A stretch of 63,345 nt of DNA, filler included, from Octopus bimaculoides (Eukaryota): the NCBI RefSeq assembly GCF_001194135.2. It is 5 parts of 4 records of this genome, joined end to end, with 100 filler letters (N's around TTAATTAATTAA, not from the genome) between each part and the next. Parts side by side here need not be neighbours in the genome. Positions count along the whole stretch, not along the records: positions 8,974 to 40,914 come from NC_068981.1; 4 more parts are not named here. One strand, 5' to 3'. The position numbers were made by a program, and so were the translations under genes. The notes under the pieces are model-generated. The model saw nothing but the letters and a program-made list of their open reading frames with translations. It did no database searches and was not told the DNA's origin. Position 1 is the first letter of the stretch. Every line of letters begins with the position of its first letter. Of the stretch, positions 12,023 to 24,508 are shown piece by piece.

Positions 12023-12264
12023 GTTACTTTAAATGTGGTGCACACTTCAAACGCGATAAAACGTATCTTATTGTCAAACTTCTTCAAAGTTTAACGCAGT
12101 CTTGCGTAAATTTCCTCTTACTATTTAGAGAACTCGCAGATGCACACTCCTTCACACACATACTTGGTTTCGAGTGTCTCTTCGTTTGCATAATATCATA
12201 TTATAAATGTAAATTCCACGTGATTCGCTATACTATGTTTAAATCTATCGAGCCCGTTTCTAAT

Positions 12265-12450
12265 GGTGCTTTCAAATTTTGGCACAAAGCCAGCAATTTG
12301 AACGGAAAGTGTTAGTCGATTATATTATCAAATCCAAAAGGATGAAAAATACAGCTAATCCCGGTAGAATTTGAACTCCGAACCTAACGATGATATACGA
12401 AATGCCGATAACAATTTTACCCGGGTGTGCTAACGATTCTGCCACGTGCT
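12265..12450 (-). mobile_element. Diverged tRNA SINE (family A)
   Basis: gaatttgaactccgaac, aggatgaaa and gtgctaacgattctgcca match family A. Confidence 0.7.
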
Positions 12451-13282
12451 AATACCAGCACGAAATTAAATTCTTAATGTGTTTGCGATGCACTGTATAT
12501 GTATGCGTACGTACACCTACATGATTATGCATGTCTTTAGGTGATTGTGTGAGTATGTGTGAGAGTATATGTGTGTGCGTATGTTTGTGCGTGCCTGTAT
12601 GTGTGTGTATGCGTGTGCGTGCATGTGCGTTCAGTTATTCATTTCTTTAAAACTTAGGCTTCTCTTCGTTCATACTCTATATTTAGCGTTTCCATTTTTT
12701 CACAGAGGCCCAATGCATTCAAGTATACATATGCACCAGCACACAGACATACATACCTACACTCATAAAATAAAACTCTCTCTACACACACTTCGTTGTA
12801 GGAGTTTCTTTCTCCGGCTGACATGGTATTAAATAACAACAGTAATAACCTTCATTACATAATTAAAAACAGCCTCTCAAGCAATATTACAAATTATAAA
12901 TATTAATCAGAAGACCGCAGGTTTATTGAGTGTACAAATGTTTTATTGAAGTATGTTAGAGTACGACCGTTGTCATCTAAATAAGATAACCAGAAATGTT
13001 AGAAAGACTATTTAAATTTTCCTCATGCTTCGCATTTACTCACTTCGTAAAACGAGATACACAAAACATGAGAATAAAACTGGATTGTTGGCGACAGGAT
13101 CATTGCTCAAACCGAGCATACATAGGTTTAATACTCATGTCACTTAAATGTAAATTTCATGTACAAATTTTTAATTAATTTATTTAGTTTTACTTGAAGC
13201 AACTGTAAGAAGCAAAGATGACCATTTTGGTAATAATAAACAATTATTAACTTCCTTATCTTCAGTTTTTTTTCTTTTCTTC

Positions 13283-13326
<44 letters not shown>

Positions 13327-14562
13327 ACATGTGTGTGGGGGATATATGTATATGTGTGTGTGTGGTGTGGGAATAATAATTTCTAGTGACCGGTATGTGT
13401 GAAATATTTAAGCTACTTCTAATAACTGTGTTATGGGAATATTAAATACCAAGTCCTAGTAAATGAATCCAGCAACATTTATTGAGCTGACATGCATCTT
13501 TCATTTCTCATATTGATCAGAAATTCCGAAACTCTCTGTATTTCTCAGGAGTAGTCAGTTTGCAGCAAACAAACGCTGTAATTCCCTTTTAATTTAATGA
13601 AGTACGTTATATTCTAAACGTTTCTTAATAACCAACTTTACTAAGCTGATTATTTAATCCTCCAAACTTCTTGAATCTCAAAATTTATTTCTAGACGTGT
13701 TTGACAAAATACATTTCTCTAAAATAATACATTATAAACATAAATTATAGAAAATATAAATTATAGCCGCAAAATCATTTCCTATTTTGCTTCGTTCACT
13801 CTTCTGACCATACCAGTACCAAACATTTCCACTCCTAATACAAAATTAATCTCACTCCTTTATGTATCCTGTATCTATTTTAATACAACCGTTTCCAACC
13901 TCTTAAACCAATCCTTCCCACACAAGACGCCAGTCATATTCTTTTCGTTCCCCACAGGTAACAACTTAAAGTTGTTCAACCTTAATATTAACCACAAGAA
14001 TCTTTCCAGTCTGTAAACACTCAGGAAAGTCATAGGAATATTATTTTTGTTTTGGTCGAAAGGAAAATAGTTAATATCACTTAAGGCAGTAAATTACCAT
14101 TAATTTCTGGGAGTTGTCTATTGTATAGAGACTTACTTTATACAAATTTATTCCTAACAAAACTTGCTCCAGGTGATAAGAAATGCATAATTACTACCGA
14201 AAGCTTCAGAATAAAGAGAGAAAAAACAGGAAATCTAGTACACGAGAAAGGTAACACTGCATTATAGATTCACTTTGAGAATTATATAATTGTTAAGTTT
14301 TATTAATGTGTACTTCCTTCCTGTTGTATGAGTTATTTGGCTCAAATAATAAACACGATGATTGCTAGTAGACTTGTACATTTATGTCTTTCGATTTGTT
14401 GTAAAACTATGGCCAAAAGGCATTCTTAAGAATACAATAACGAAAATTTTAACTATTGCTTAGTATCCACCTGACAGCACGATATAAAGCCATAGAGACT
14501 AGGTGACAAAGAGAAAACTAGTATATAGTCTGTTAACTGGCTTCCTTTAATTCAAGCCGTAC

Positions 14563-14706
14563 TTTCTTGAAAATGAATGTCACTAAGATAATGTAGTCCT
14601 CGATATCGTATATCTAGTAGAGAGACAGGATTGGCATAGTTAGAGTACTTTTGATCAAAGAACTCTTCCATCAGAGCCAAATTGCGAGTGAAGGACAATG
14701 TATGCG
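14563..14706 (-). CDS. Candidate 144-nt internal exon (HTLSFTRNLALMEEFFDQKYSNYANPVSLLDIRYRGLHYLSDIHFQE), phase 1-1
   Basis: Lies inside ORF 14552-14758. Pyrimidine tract plus aag| acceptor, donor AAA|gtacgg. Symmetric phase 1 like the other exons. Confidence 0.45.
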
Positions 14707-16110
14707 CTTTCGAGATGAATGCATAAGATAAAAAATGCCAGTGTAAAAATGATTTCAAGAAATGGTAATGGCTGCTAAATTAATGATTGAGTATGAAACA
14801 GTTCTCAGACACAGTCTTAAACAAAGTAACAACATATTGGATAAAGTAATCTTTGATCCTTGCTCGGTTCGTTCAGGGTTGACCTAGGGAAAACCAAGAA
14901 AGGTAACAATAATTAATGAGATTATATGAACGATAACTAATGGCTTGACACAAACACATTCTCTTCCGTTCATGGTCCCGCTCGTCGACGTCGCATTCAA
15001 TACAAAACTCTACATATTTATGGAATCCAATGCCTCTACTGCTCTTATCAAATATTAATTTTTATAAGTGTGTTGTTTTGTTTTTAATTTCATTAATGTG
15101 TTTATTATTCCACTGTTCTGTAAAACTACGATTGCTTATTTTAAATAAACACAACAAAAAGAAAACGCGTAATATGACAGTCACTCCATTTGATTACATC
15201 TCGTACCAGGGATAGTTGTTGTTTTGATTAAAAAAATATACTAACGCTGTATATATTGAACTGAAAACAAAATAATACTAAAGTGCTATTTTTATCTCTG
15301 CAACAATATCATATTCCATAAATGTAAGAAGAAAAAATTGTAAATCACAAAATGTAGAGGAGGGCATAGAACATGCTGGAATATAAATAACAGATTCTCC
15401 ATTTGACCATCCTATGGAACTGGAATAAAATATGCTTATTACATATACTACACAATTCTATTGACTGAAATCTGTCTGGTTGCCATAACACGATGTCAAG
15501 CCTTATTACTAAGCAAATATATTACATTCGAAATAAAGATACGATTAAGTATACACATAGATCGTATTTGCGATTATGACAGAATAACTTTGGAAATCTA
15601 CAAAGTCGCAAAGACGTCAGATGATAACAATATAGTATTGCAGTTTATAAACAATATGCATTCCGAGAGAGCAATATACTACCGTTTCTGTATACAAGAA
15701 TTATATCACAATAGATTAACTGTATCATAACACCATTAATACGCGTATGACATAAATATCATGAAGAAATTTTGGCAATGTGAAACATAAACTAGATTGA
15801 TATAGTCAAACAGCATATATTATGTGCATATATAATTACGGAACAAATTGGTCATTGTAAGGACCATACATACATACACTGCGATACCTAGAACATGACC
15901 TTACTTAATGGACAAAGCAAACTAAAGAACATACACAACTGCACATTCAGAATATATACACAGAGTAATTTTTGTTTACGATTTTTTTTCTATCTCAAGA
16001 TATTGTAACTGAAGAATCTGATGTTTATTTTAATGGTCTATCAACGTATTTAGTGAGTTTGTTTTACCCTAGGTGTCAGGATGGCACTCGGCAAGAAATG
16101 GAAACAAAGT

Positions 16111-16112
<2 letters not shown>

Positions 16113-16179
<67 letters not shown>

Positions 16180-16262
16180 GTAATTATTATTATCATTATT
16201 ATCATTATTATTATTATTTTATTATTATTATGATTATTATTATTATTATTGTTACAATTATT
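16113..16262. repeat. (AAT)n/(ATT)n microsatellite
   Basis: Directly visible. Confidence 0.95.
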
Positions 16263-17623
16263 ATAGGTGACGGGCTTTCGCCCGGTATGTGCCCTGTGGT
16301 TGAGCAGCACAAGTTCGGTTGTTACTATACGGCTACTAGAAGTAAATAGGTAGTGGGCAGCCATTGTCTTCACTACTTCAAGGAGTGACGACCTTAGTGC
16401 TCATGCACAGCAGAGGTCATGGTTAATCTGTGCTAAGCGGCTTCACTATGCGTGCTTTAGCTTCGTTACTAAGGCAGCAGTCCGGGCACTTATTGATCAG
16501 ATCTCCTACGTGCAATATCTATCAAAGTGAAGGCTTAAAAATCTAAGCTAACTCGGCGTGAATAATTCGACCATAATCTTAACTGAAATCCGGGTAAAAT
16601 TACAAAATTAACATTTTAAGAACCAACTCTCCAGTTCTGTTCCTCTTTCTCCCTCTTCTTAGGACAAACATATGTGTTTATCTAATGTATGTATATATAT
16701 ATATATATACATATATGTCTATATAATATGAGTATAAACGTACACTTGCATGTGTGTATGTGTGTGATTGTGTGTAGCTGTTTCTATGTGTGTATGTTTT
16801 GGTAATTCTTACCAACGTATTGCTAAGTTTACATGCAACATTAAATTTGTTAGAAATAAAAATATTGCTTATCGATATTTAGAAAAATTACGATATTGAT
16901 CTTTTTGTTTTCTTGACTAAATGATGTCTACTTTTCCCGTGTCAGTAATATACTTAATATTTTAGAGTTCTATAAATTATTTGCTGGACAAATTTATGAA
17001 TTAAATGAATTAGAGTGATTACCTAAAATGTTGATAAATTTGTATTTCATATCATATCGTTCGATGTTATTATTGAGAAAATCACTTGAGCTTCAGACAA
17101 AGTCTTTTGTTCAGTTTATTTAATCTCTTTTACATTACAGTCTTCTGGATTGGCAATCGGTTAGCAGAACTGCTAGAATAGTAAATTCACTTTGCTTTCG
17201 TCTTTTTGTTGTTGTCGATTTAATCGACTGGCCCACTCCTCAAAAATTTCGGGCCTTGAACCTAGAGTATAAAAGAATATCATCGACTCTACTTTCCACA
17301 AAAATATGTGTTCTTTTTCTTTTCCTCTATCCATGTAATTAATTTAGTGATGTTATAAGATTTTAGTTTTGATATTTGGAGTGAGATTCAAAGTAATCGC
17401 GGTACAGAGACTTGGTTAGTCTCAAACATATGTAGTACATCACCCACTGATATATATATATATATATATATTCAGATGAATATGATACTTAAGTTGAGGC
17501 ACCAGAGCTTAGTTCGGTATTATCCATACAGTTTCAAAGTAAAGTGATTAAAATCAAAATAAGCAACAAGGATATCCAGAGGTAATGCAGTATTACTTCT
17601 GGATATCATTGTTGCTTATTTTG

Positions 17624-17659
<36 letters not shown>

Positions 17660-17689
17660 CGCGCGCGTGTTTGTGTGTGTGTTTGCATG

Positions 17690-18000
17690 CATCTATGCAT
17701 GTATACGCACAGATTTGTATGTTTTGTTTTATGTATGTCTTCTCATGCATATACTAGCAAATATATACTTAAATAATAAACTTCTGGAAAGTTTTACAGA
17801 TTTTTGCAGTTCCAGTGATGGCTTGGATCAGTAGTCATTGAATTAAGTTTCTCCTTTCTGGTATTTAGGATGTGTGCTACGTATCCCAGTACCCCAATAA
17901 TTATAGGTAATCTGGATAGAGCAACTGCAGATTCCTCAATAGTTCAGCGTAGGTATCCTCTTTATCACTGATCTTCAGCTTTATGTATGTTACATCCGCT
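17690..18000 (-). mobile_element. 3' end of a non-LTR retrotransposon (R4/Dong-like, REL-endonuclease C-terminus), decayed
   Basis: The minus strand translates piecewise to KEDTYAELLRNLQLLYPDY..PIIIGVLGYV..PERRNLIQ*LLIQAITGTAKICKTFQKFII*. Confidence 0.7.
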
Positions 18001-19328
18001 AGGTAGCTGATTTTCATGAATGTACACATGTATACATGTGCGTGTATGTATTATGTACTCATGTATATATAACCTGCAAATTGAATTAGCAGCTTAAGAG
18101 CCTCGGGATACACTGACACGCATACCATTAGCATAGATTTCGGGTTAAATCAACGCCACTCCACTGTAACAAAACTGAACCTTTGAATTGCCAACACTAA
18201 ACACTTGACGAATGGCAACAAGGATAATGTGTTGGTATTCAAAAACAAAACAAAGTTGGCAACATAGAATGTACTACGCAGCAGTTCATACGGAATGTAA
18301 ATATGACTTAGATTGATGACCGTATCGTAAATCTTGAATAATATATTAGTTTTGCTATGCCGTTGGACCAACTATCTCTACGCGTCATGGAAAGACATAA
18401 CCCGAGCTAAACTGAGCCGAAGCAACAGTAACATCAACATAAATAGCGACAACAACAGCCGGCGTAGTCTAGCATCGTGAGAACTACACACGGTGTGGTT
18501 TTCCTAGAAATTAGGACAATTCAATATCGATTCTTGACTTATTCATAAAGTAAAAAGATTTACTTTGAGAAATAAATGGAACGTGAACAGGATGTCATTA
18601 AAAACGTAGGTGGATTTAATTAACTTTAACCGGAAAACGAAACCGTTTCACGAAGTGAGTTTTTCATTCTTAGAATGTTTGCTGTACATTTCGCGTCACA
18701 TTATTGAGTAATAAAACTTACACACGTTTACCAAGCGGACAGCGCACAATACTAAACGCATACGTGCACTCATGTACTATGGCTGTTATTTCAAAAATGA
18801 TAAAAGAGAAAAAGAAAGGCAAATTGTTACAGCAAAGCCATCTTTCATCGAACTATTTTACTTGTTAAACACAAGCTAATGTTACACATTTTAATTATTT
18901 CGTGCGAGACTCCATATCTAATTCCAGATTTTAGCTCTTAATCCAAATTTGTTAACAAGATTCATTGCTAAATGCATTTAAATTGGATGGTTGCTACTGT
19001 CTAAAACTGAACATTACATGAAGAAACGAAATTACAGCAGGTCTCAAATTATTCACAATACACTCCAAAATTCATGATTTATTTTAATGAATGAACAAAT
19101 AACTACGTGAAATTAGTCACTTCGAGCGTGGCGAATATTGGGAAAAGTTAAGAACTTTGGGACACACCAAAGTCAGTCAAAGCAATCTCTATTAGAGAGT
19201 CATGCAAACGTGTTCTCTTTGATAACCTATTGCATTTCCCTCTCTCATACAATCAACCAGCCTATCTATGTGTCTACCCATCTATGTGTCTACCCATCTA
19301 TGTGTCTACCTATCTATCTATCCTTTTT

Positions 19329-19361
<33 letters not shown>

Positions 19362-19384
19362 TTCAAAATACACACACACACCAC

Positions 19385-19790
19385 ACACCGGCCAAGCCTG
19401 ATCTTTCTTTCTTGGCTGGCCGTTGTGCGTGCAACATCGATATTCCTCCCCGTGCCGGTGAAATCTTGTATCCCTGCCGTAAGGCTTTATTTCCACACAC
19501 ATCAGCTTAATTTAATTCGTCCTTAGTCGAAAGACACTTGTTATGTCCTGTTATTATTTTTATTGTATCTGTGTAACATTGTTCTTTTTTTCTGTCCTTG
19601 TTTTTATATACATTCGCTGCTTTCTTCCAAGGAATCTAATGCTCTTACCTTAGTTTTGCCCTGGGGCTGGCTAGATTGGAGCAGTATCGAGTATAACCAG
19701 CCGAAATTGCAAATATAATCTGGATCTCGAGTGATGAAAGAAAACTCCAGATGACCTGTCCTTGTTTTCTTTGTATCATCTATCTGGATA
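19385..19790. repeat. Unclassified interspersed repeat (probable retroelement end)
   Basis: GC/CpG-richer block between a microsatellite and a gap. It resembles a common octopus repeat from memory only, with no second copy in the window. Confidence 0.35.
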
Positions 19791-20409
19791 NNNNNNNNNN
19801 ATACTTCAACATTAAAGTTTTGTTCACCTCAGTTATATTCCTCGGTGAGAAAATGCAGTTTCTCATGTAATTAATATGTATATTTACATACAACACTGCG
19901 CACACACGTACACACACACACACGCACCTGCGCGCTCACACACAGACAGACACGTGCGCGCACGCACACACAAACGTACGTATACATGTGCATATTCGGA
20001 GTTAGCGTTTGTCAGGAAGATTTATTGCAATGAAAATTCACGTTAAAGGAATCCTAATTTTGTTCTTCTATAACAATAACGCTGGTTATTGCTTGCGATA
20101 TATGTATACCTTTCTCTACATAAAACCTTACTTGAACTTAGTGCATGCATCTAAAAGAAAATATAAAAAACATTATTGAACCATATTTTTAAAATTCTAT
20201 ATGTATTTTCATAAGCGATATATCATAGAAAAGTAATTTTGACACTATGTTTCAATTATTCATATCATCTCCTTCAGCTGTAGAAACCAGAGACCCAGGA
20301 ATATAAATAGAAAGAGCTTGGTATTTAAGTGCCAGCAGTTTTACAGTTGCTTTCCAAAAGGCTAATGAAACTGGATTATCATTTGACGAGAGGCAAATAA
20401 TAATAACAA

Positions 20410-20550
20410 TAGGGTAATTCCGCCGAGGTCGACTTTGACTTTCATCTCTTCGGAGTCGATAAAATAAGTACTAGTTTAGTTCTAGGGTTGATGAAACCGT
20501 CTTCTCCCCCACCGAACTTGCTGGCTTTAGGCCAAAATTTGGAATCAGTA
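20410..20550 (+). mobile_element. 5'-truncated tRNA SINE (family A)
   Basis: aattccgccgaggtcgactttg.ctttcatc.cttcgg.gtcgataaaataagtac. Confidence 0.8.
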
Positions 20551-20588
20551 TTAAGATCATTCGTGTCATTTCTCTTTGCATCCCTGGA

Positions 20589-20660
20589 TTAGTAATGAGG
20601 CGAGCGACTACAAGTAAAGAAAAATCCCCAACTGCCAGTTTTCTCGTCCACTAACTGATA
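20589..20660 (-). CDS. Candidate alternative terminal exon (YQLVDEKTGSWGFFFTCSRSPHY*)
   Basis: Strong acceptor gttttccttgtgtttttcag|. In frame (phase 0) if the upstream exon uses donor GGT|gtaaga at 20866. Confidence 0.35.
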   Translation of the reverse strand, partial: YQLVDEKTGSWGFFFTCSRSPHY

Positions 20661-20867
20661 CTGAAAAACACAAGGAAAACATTTGAACTCGAGGCAAAGA
20701 CCGAAGCGATACATGCTGGTGGTGTCCTGTGACTTATTTTTTCGTTAAGTGTATTTTGCTTCAGCAATAAAGTATAGTTTGTTTTTTATCTACCCCATTG
20801 AAATCCCAGTTTCGTTGTAGATTCCAGAGAAAGCGTCAGTTACGATGTTTTCGGACGTATCTTACAC

Positions 20868-21149
20868 CTGCTTTCCACTCATCTTTAAACGAAGTCGAGG
20901 TAGCCAATTTCCCAGTAAAGTTTTCCAGATTATCACATCTACCATGCTGTGCACGTAGCCCGGCAAATGGGAACATTGTTGTTTGAGAAGTATGAAAAGC
21001 CCGGGTATATAGACGCAGGCTAGAATCTAAATGGAATGTGTCATAGCCCGCCCACTTGATATCCAGGACATTTACCACAATCTGCGAATGTGACAAATTT
21101 AGAAGGGCTTCAGACGCGGCTCTTGTATAAAGTACAGTCTCCAGTGCAG
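20868..21149 (-). CDS. Coding exon of an uncharacterised protein (ALETVLYTRAASEALLNLSHSQIVVNVLDIKWAGYDTFHLD...FKDEWKA)
   Basis: Longest non-repetitive ORF in the window (20836-21198), raised GC, globular-looking composition. Acceptor ctgctttttcgcag| (phase 1); donors CAG|gtgtaa (20868) or GGT|gtaaga (20866). Confidence 0.65.
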
Positions 21150-21303
21150 CTGCGAAAAAGCAGTTCTCTCTGTAATCTATAACCGTGGTCTGTGTCATTA
21201 GTTTGTTTTATGCTCGGATTCTCTTTCTTAGTTTTGAGGCTGCTATTCCGATTCGGCTGGAGGATCTTGTGATAAGCTGTTTCAGATTAACATATTGTGT
21301 TAC

Positions 21304-21318
21304 CTGAGAAGGCAATGT
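21304..21318 (-). CDS. Candidate 15-nt microexon (xIAFS), phase 1-1
   Basis: Acceptor catttttgcag| and donor CAG|gtaaca, with a 154-nt intron to the 21149 acceptor, in frame. Confidence 0.35.
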
Positions 21319-21453
21319 CTGCAAAAATGTCGATGATGATTATTTAACGCTTTCTGCTTCGTTTGTTTGCAGCCAATACGGAATTAATAGCTTTCTAAAT
21401 GGAGGTAGGCAACATAAGTTAATATTCCAAACGCGTGATCTTTGAGATGTAAA

Positions 21454-21458
<5 letters not shown>

Positions 21459-21539
<81 letters not shown>

Positions 21540-21599
21540 CAACAACAACAACAACAACAACAAGCAGAAGAAGAAGAAGAAGAAGAAGAAGAAGAAGAA
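21459..21599. repeat. Compound microsatellite (AAT)n(AAC)n(GAA)n
   Basis: Directly visible. Confidence 0.95.
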
Positions 21600-22704
21600 T
21601 TTTTCTCATGCATATTCATCATGAAATCAATGAAAGAACTGTACATGCTATCGATGTAACAGTTCGTTACGCAATGAGGTTTCACTTCTTGCGAGGGAGA
21701 CATTTGGCCATTTCTGGCATCTTTTTTAAATTAACAATTGGCTGATTTGGGGAACCGGTATATCAGCGTGTATAGGCTCTATGATATTCCGTTAGATCTC
21801 TTTACACGGTATCATCAACAAAGTAGCATCAAAATTCTTTCCAGTGCTAGCTATTTTATGAGGTTCAATCATGCCGGAATCGTTTTCTTTCGTTGCTGGG
21901 TCGATAAAATACATACTGGTGATGATTTAATTTTATATCGATAATGTTCCTCTCACATAATGCATAACCATATTATCAAGACAAAAATGTTTTTTTTTTA
22001 TATATATATTTACGAAGAGACACTTGAAAAATAACCCACACAAACTGGAGCCTTATTTATAGGCTGCTCGATAAAAGAATACTAAGCAATGTAAGATTCC
22101 TCTAAAATTATCGAAGAACCTTATTTCTGTCAAATTACGCGTGTTTTTAAAATGAGATAAAACATTGAGCAATGTAAATCCAAGGTGACCTGCACCTGAA
22201 GAAAAATAATAGAAACGTTCATGCCACAACGCCTTTGATTATAGAACTTCTCACTCAGTGCTCAGGAGGATTAGACCACTCTAAAGAACATATTATAGTT
22301 AATATTCATCTTTAAGAGGGTTGTACACATTTATCTAATATGCAACATTCAATAACATAAATGGCAGATATCATGTAGTCATCAATACACTGTACCTAAC
22401 AGATATATTTAAGAAAACAAAAATGGAAAATGAGCGAAAATGAAAGAAACTAGACAGATAAATGAATATACATAATAGTTTTATCCACGCAATGAGGAAA
22501 CAGGTTCTTCTTATCTTGGTCTTAAAACAATGTAAAAAGATTTAATAGGAAAATAGAACCCTATATCAAACGACTGCCACTTCACCCATAATTCTAAGTA
22601 TACATAACTAGAATATGCAAGGGCTTCAGTATCATTCCTGGTCGTTTAGGAATGAGTAGATATGTGAAGACACACACTCGCGTGCCCACACGCATGCATA
22701 AATG

Positions 22705-22765
<61 letters not shown>

Positions 22766-22835
22766 GCATGTATATGCGTGTGAGTTTATAGTTTCGTGAA
22801 TAAATCTATCCGTCTATATATATTTATATATATAG

Positions 22836-23120
22836 ATAGGGAGAATTCACAAAAAAAAAAAACAACAGACGTAGACAGGTGCTGTAGAAAACAAATAGCT
22901 GTATTAGTTTAACGCTCGGGGAGTGAAAAAGTCTTTAACGTTTCGAGCCTACGCTCTTTCACAGAAAGTAACACAGACAGAAACAAGGAGAGAAACAAGG
23001 AGAGAAAAAAAAGGAAAGAGAAAAAGGAGAGAAACAAGGAGAGAAAAAAAAGGAAAGAGAAAAAGGAGAGAAACAAGGAGAGAAAAAAGGTGTGTAGTGG
23101 TTAGCGATCTATCATGTCGG
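22836..23120 (-). mobile_element. Interspersed repeat (Penelope-pLTR/retrozyme-like) with hammerhead-like motif, copy 1
   Basis: Homologous to 54585-54770. The minus strand carries CTGTGAAAGAGC-GTAG-GCTCGAAACG. There is an internal purine-rich tandem duplication at 22981-23090. Confidence 0.6.
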
Positions 23121-23191
23121 GTGATATATATCTATATATAGATATGCATTATATGCAGGTATATATGTAAAGGTTGTAATGTTTGCGTATG

Positions 23192-23241
<50 letters not shown>

Positions 23242-24477
23242 TGTCTGTGTGTGCGTGTGTGTATGCGTGCACGCGTGCGCGCGCGCGCGTGTTAATGAAA
23301 TAGTCAAACTCTAGCAGAAATAAACTAAAGTGTAAATTCCGCAACGGAAAATACTATTGCGATTACTTCATCCGTAACTCTTTCCCTTTATCTCACTTAC
23401 TATTATATCGTTCTTCTTCGTTCTTTATCTCTTTCTCTTCAGTGGAGTCATAGGACTTACATTCATATATATTGAATTTATTACACTGTACTACTTTGAC
23501 ACTTCGTTGAATCGTTTTGATTATTTATAACAGAGATATTTGAGGAAAAGGATGCAAAATGTATCTCAAGACAAATCCATTAAATCAACAAAGAGATATC
23601 GAGAATAAAAAAAAATAATAAAAAAAAAGATGTCTATTGATCTGAATCAGATAAATTAGGGTTTATTTCCTTCATGCTTGTCCCACTTTCAATAATGATT
23701 TCTTCCATAGACATAAGGTCTCAAATTTGATGGAAACTGTCGATTGAATTATACAACAAAAAGCTACAATAAGTTGACTTGTAAAAGATTTTCATGTGTG
23801 AACCCATGAATTTAAATAAAATACATTGAATTAAATATAACGTATGATTTAAAAAGTACAACTGGCTTAACAAATATTATTGTTTCACCGAATTGTACAT
23901 TGTTTCCACAAATATTGGCAAGTTTCCATTGATCTGAAGCTGAGTATTGTTACTTTGTCGATTATTAATTCCTTCTCTTTCAGAAATCTCCGCTTGCGAA
24001 CGGGGAGCCGCATAAATAATGGTTTCAAATCACACAATACAATTTCAGCTAGTATCAGCGTTCCTGACTTTAGGATTATACAACAATTGTGAAGGTAGGT
24101 TTAACGAGTTTGCTTCTTTCAAGAGCATTAGTGGCGGAAATAATGCAGGGCTACTTACATGGGGATCTTATCTTTAACTTGGCAATTGATGCTTTAGATT
24201 TTTATAGTGCTGATTTCTCTTGATAAAACATTAGCCAGATTTGTAGAGATGGAATATATTCGATGGAATTCCTACCTTTTGTACCGTTCGTTATTACTTT
24301 TGACGCTTTATATATGGAGGGCAAAGTTTAAGCTGGATTCTAACAAATGCCTCCCTCTAAGGTATCTATAATATCCGACCTTTAGTTTCTAGACTAAAAA
24401 AAATCTATACTTAATAAAAACAAAAAAAAAATGATAAATGTAATGTGGAAAACTTTCCCTATATATATATATATATA

Positions 24478-24508
<31 letters not shown>

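Noticed and set aside
21199-21318. In-frame TAA just upstream of ORF 20836-21198 as possible stop-codon readthrough
   Set aside because: Better explained by an intron (donor at 21303, acceptor at 21150) that removes the stop.
22981-23090. Regularly repeated purine-rich units as a CRISPR-like array
   Set aside because: Simple tandem duplication with no unique spacers, in a eukaryotic repeat.
23970-24100. Plus-strand exon-like segment with a strong acceptor and donor
   Set aside because: All three frames contain stops before the donor. At most a non-coding exon, and unsupported.
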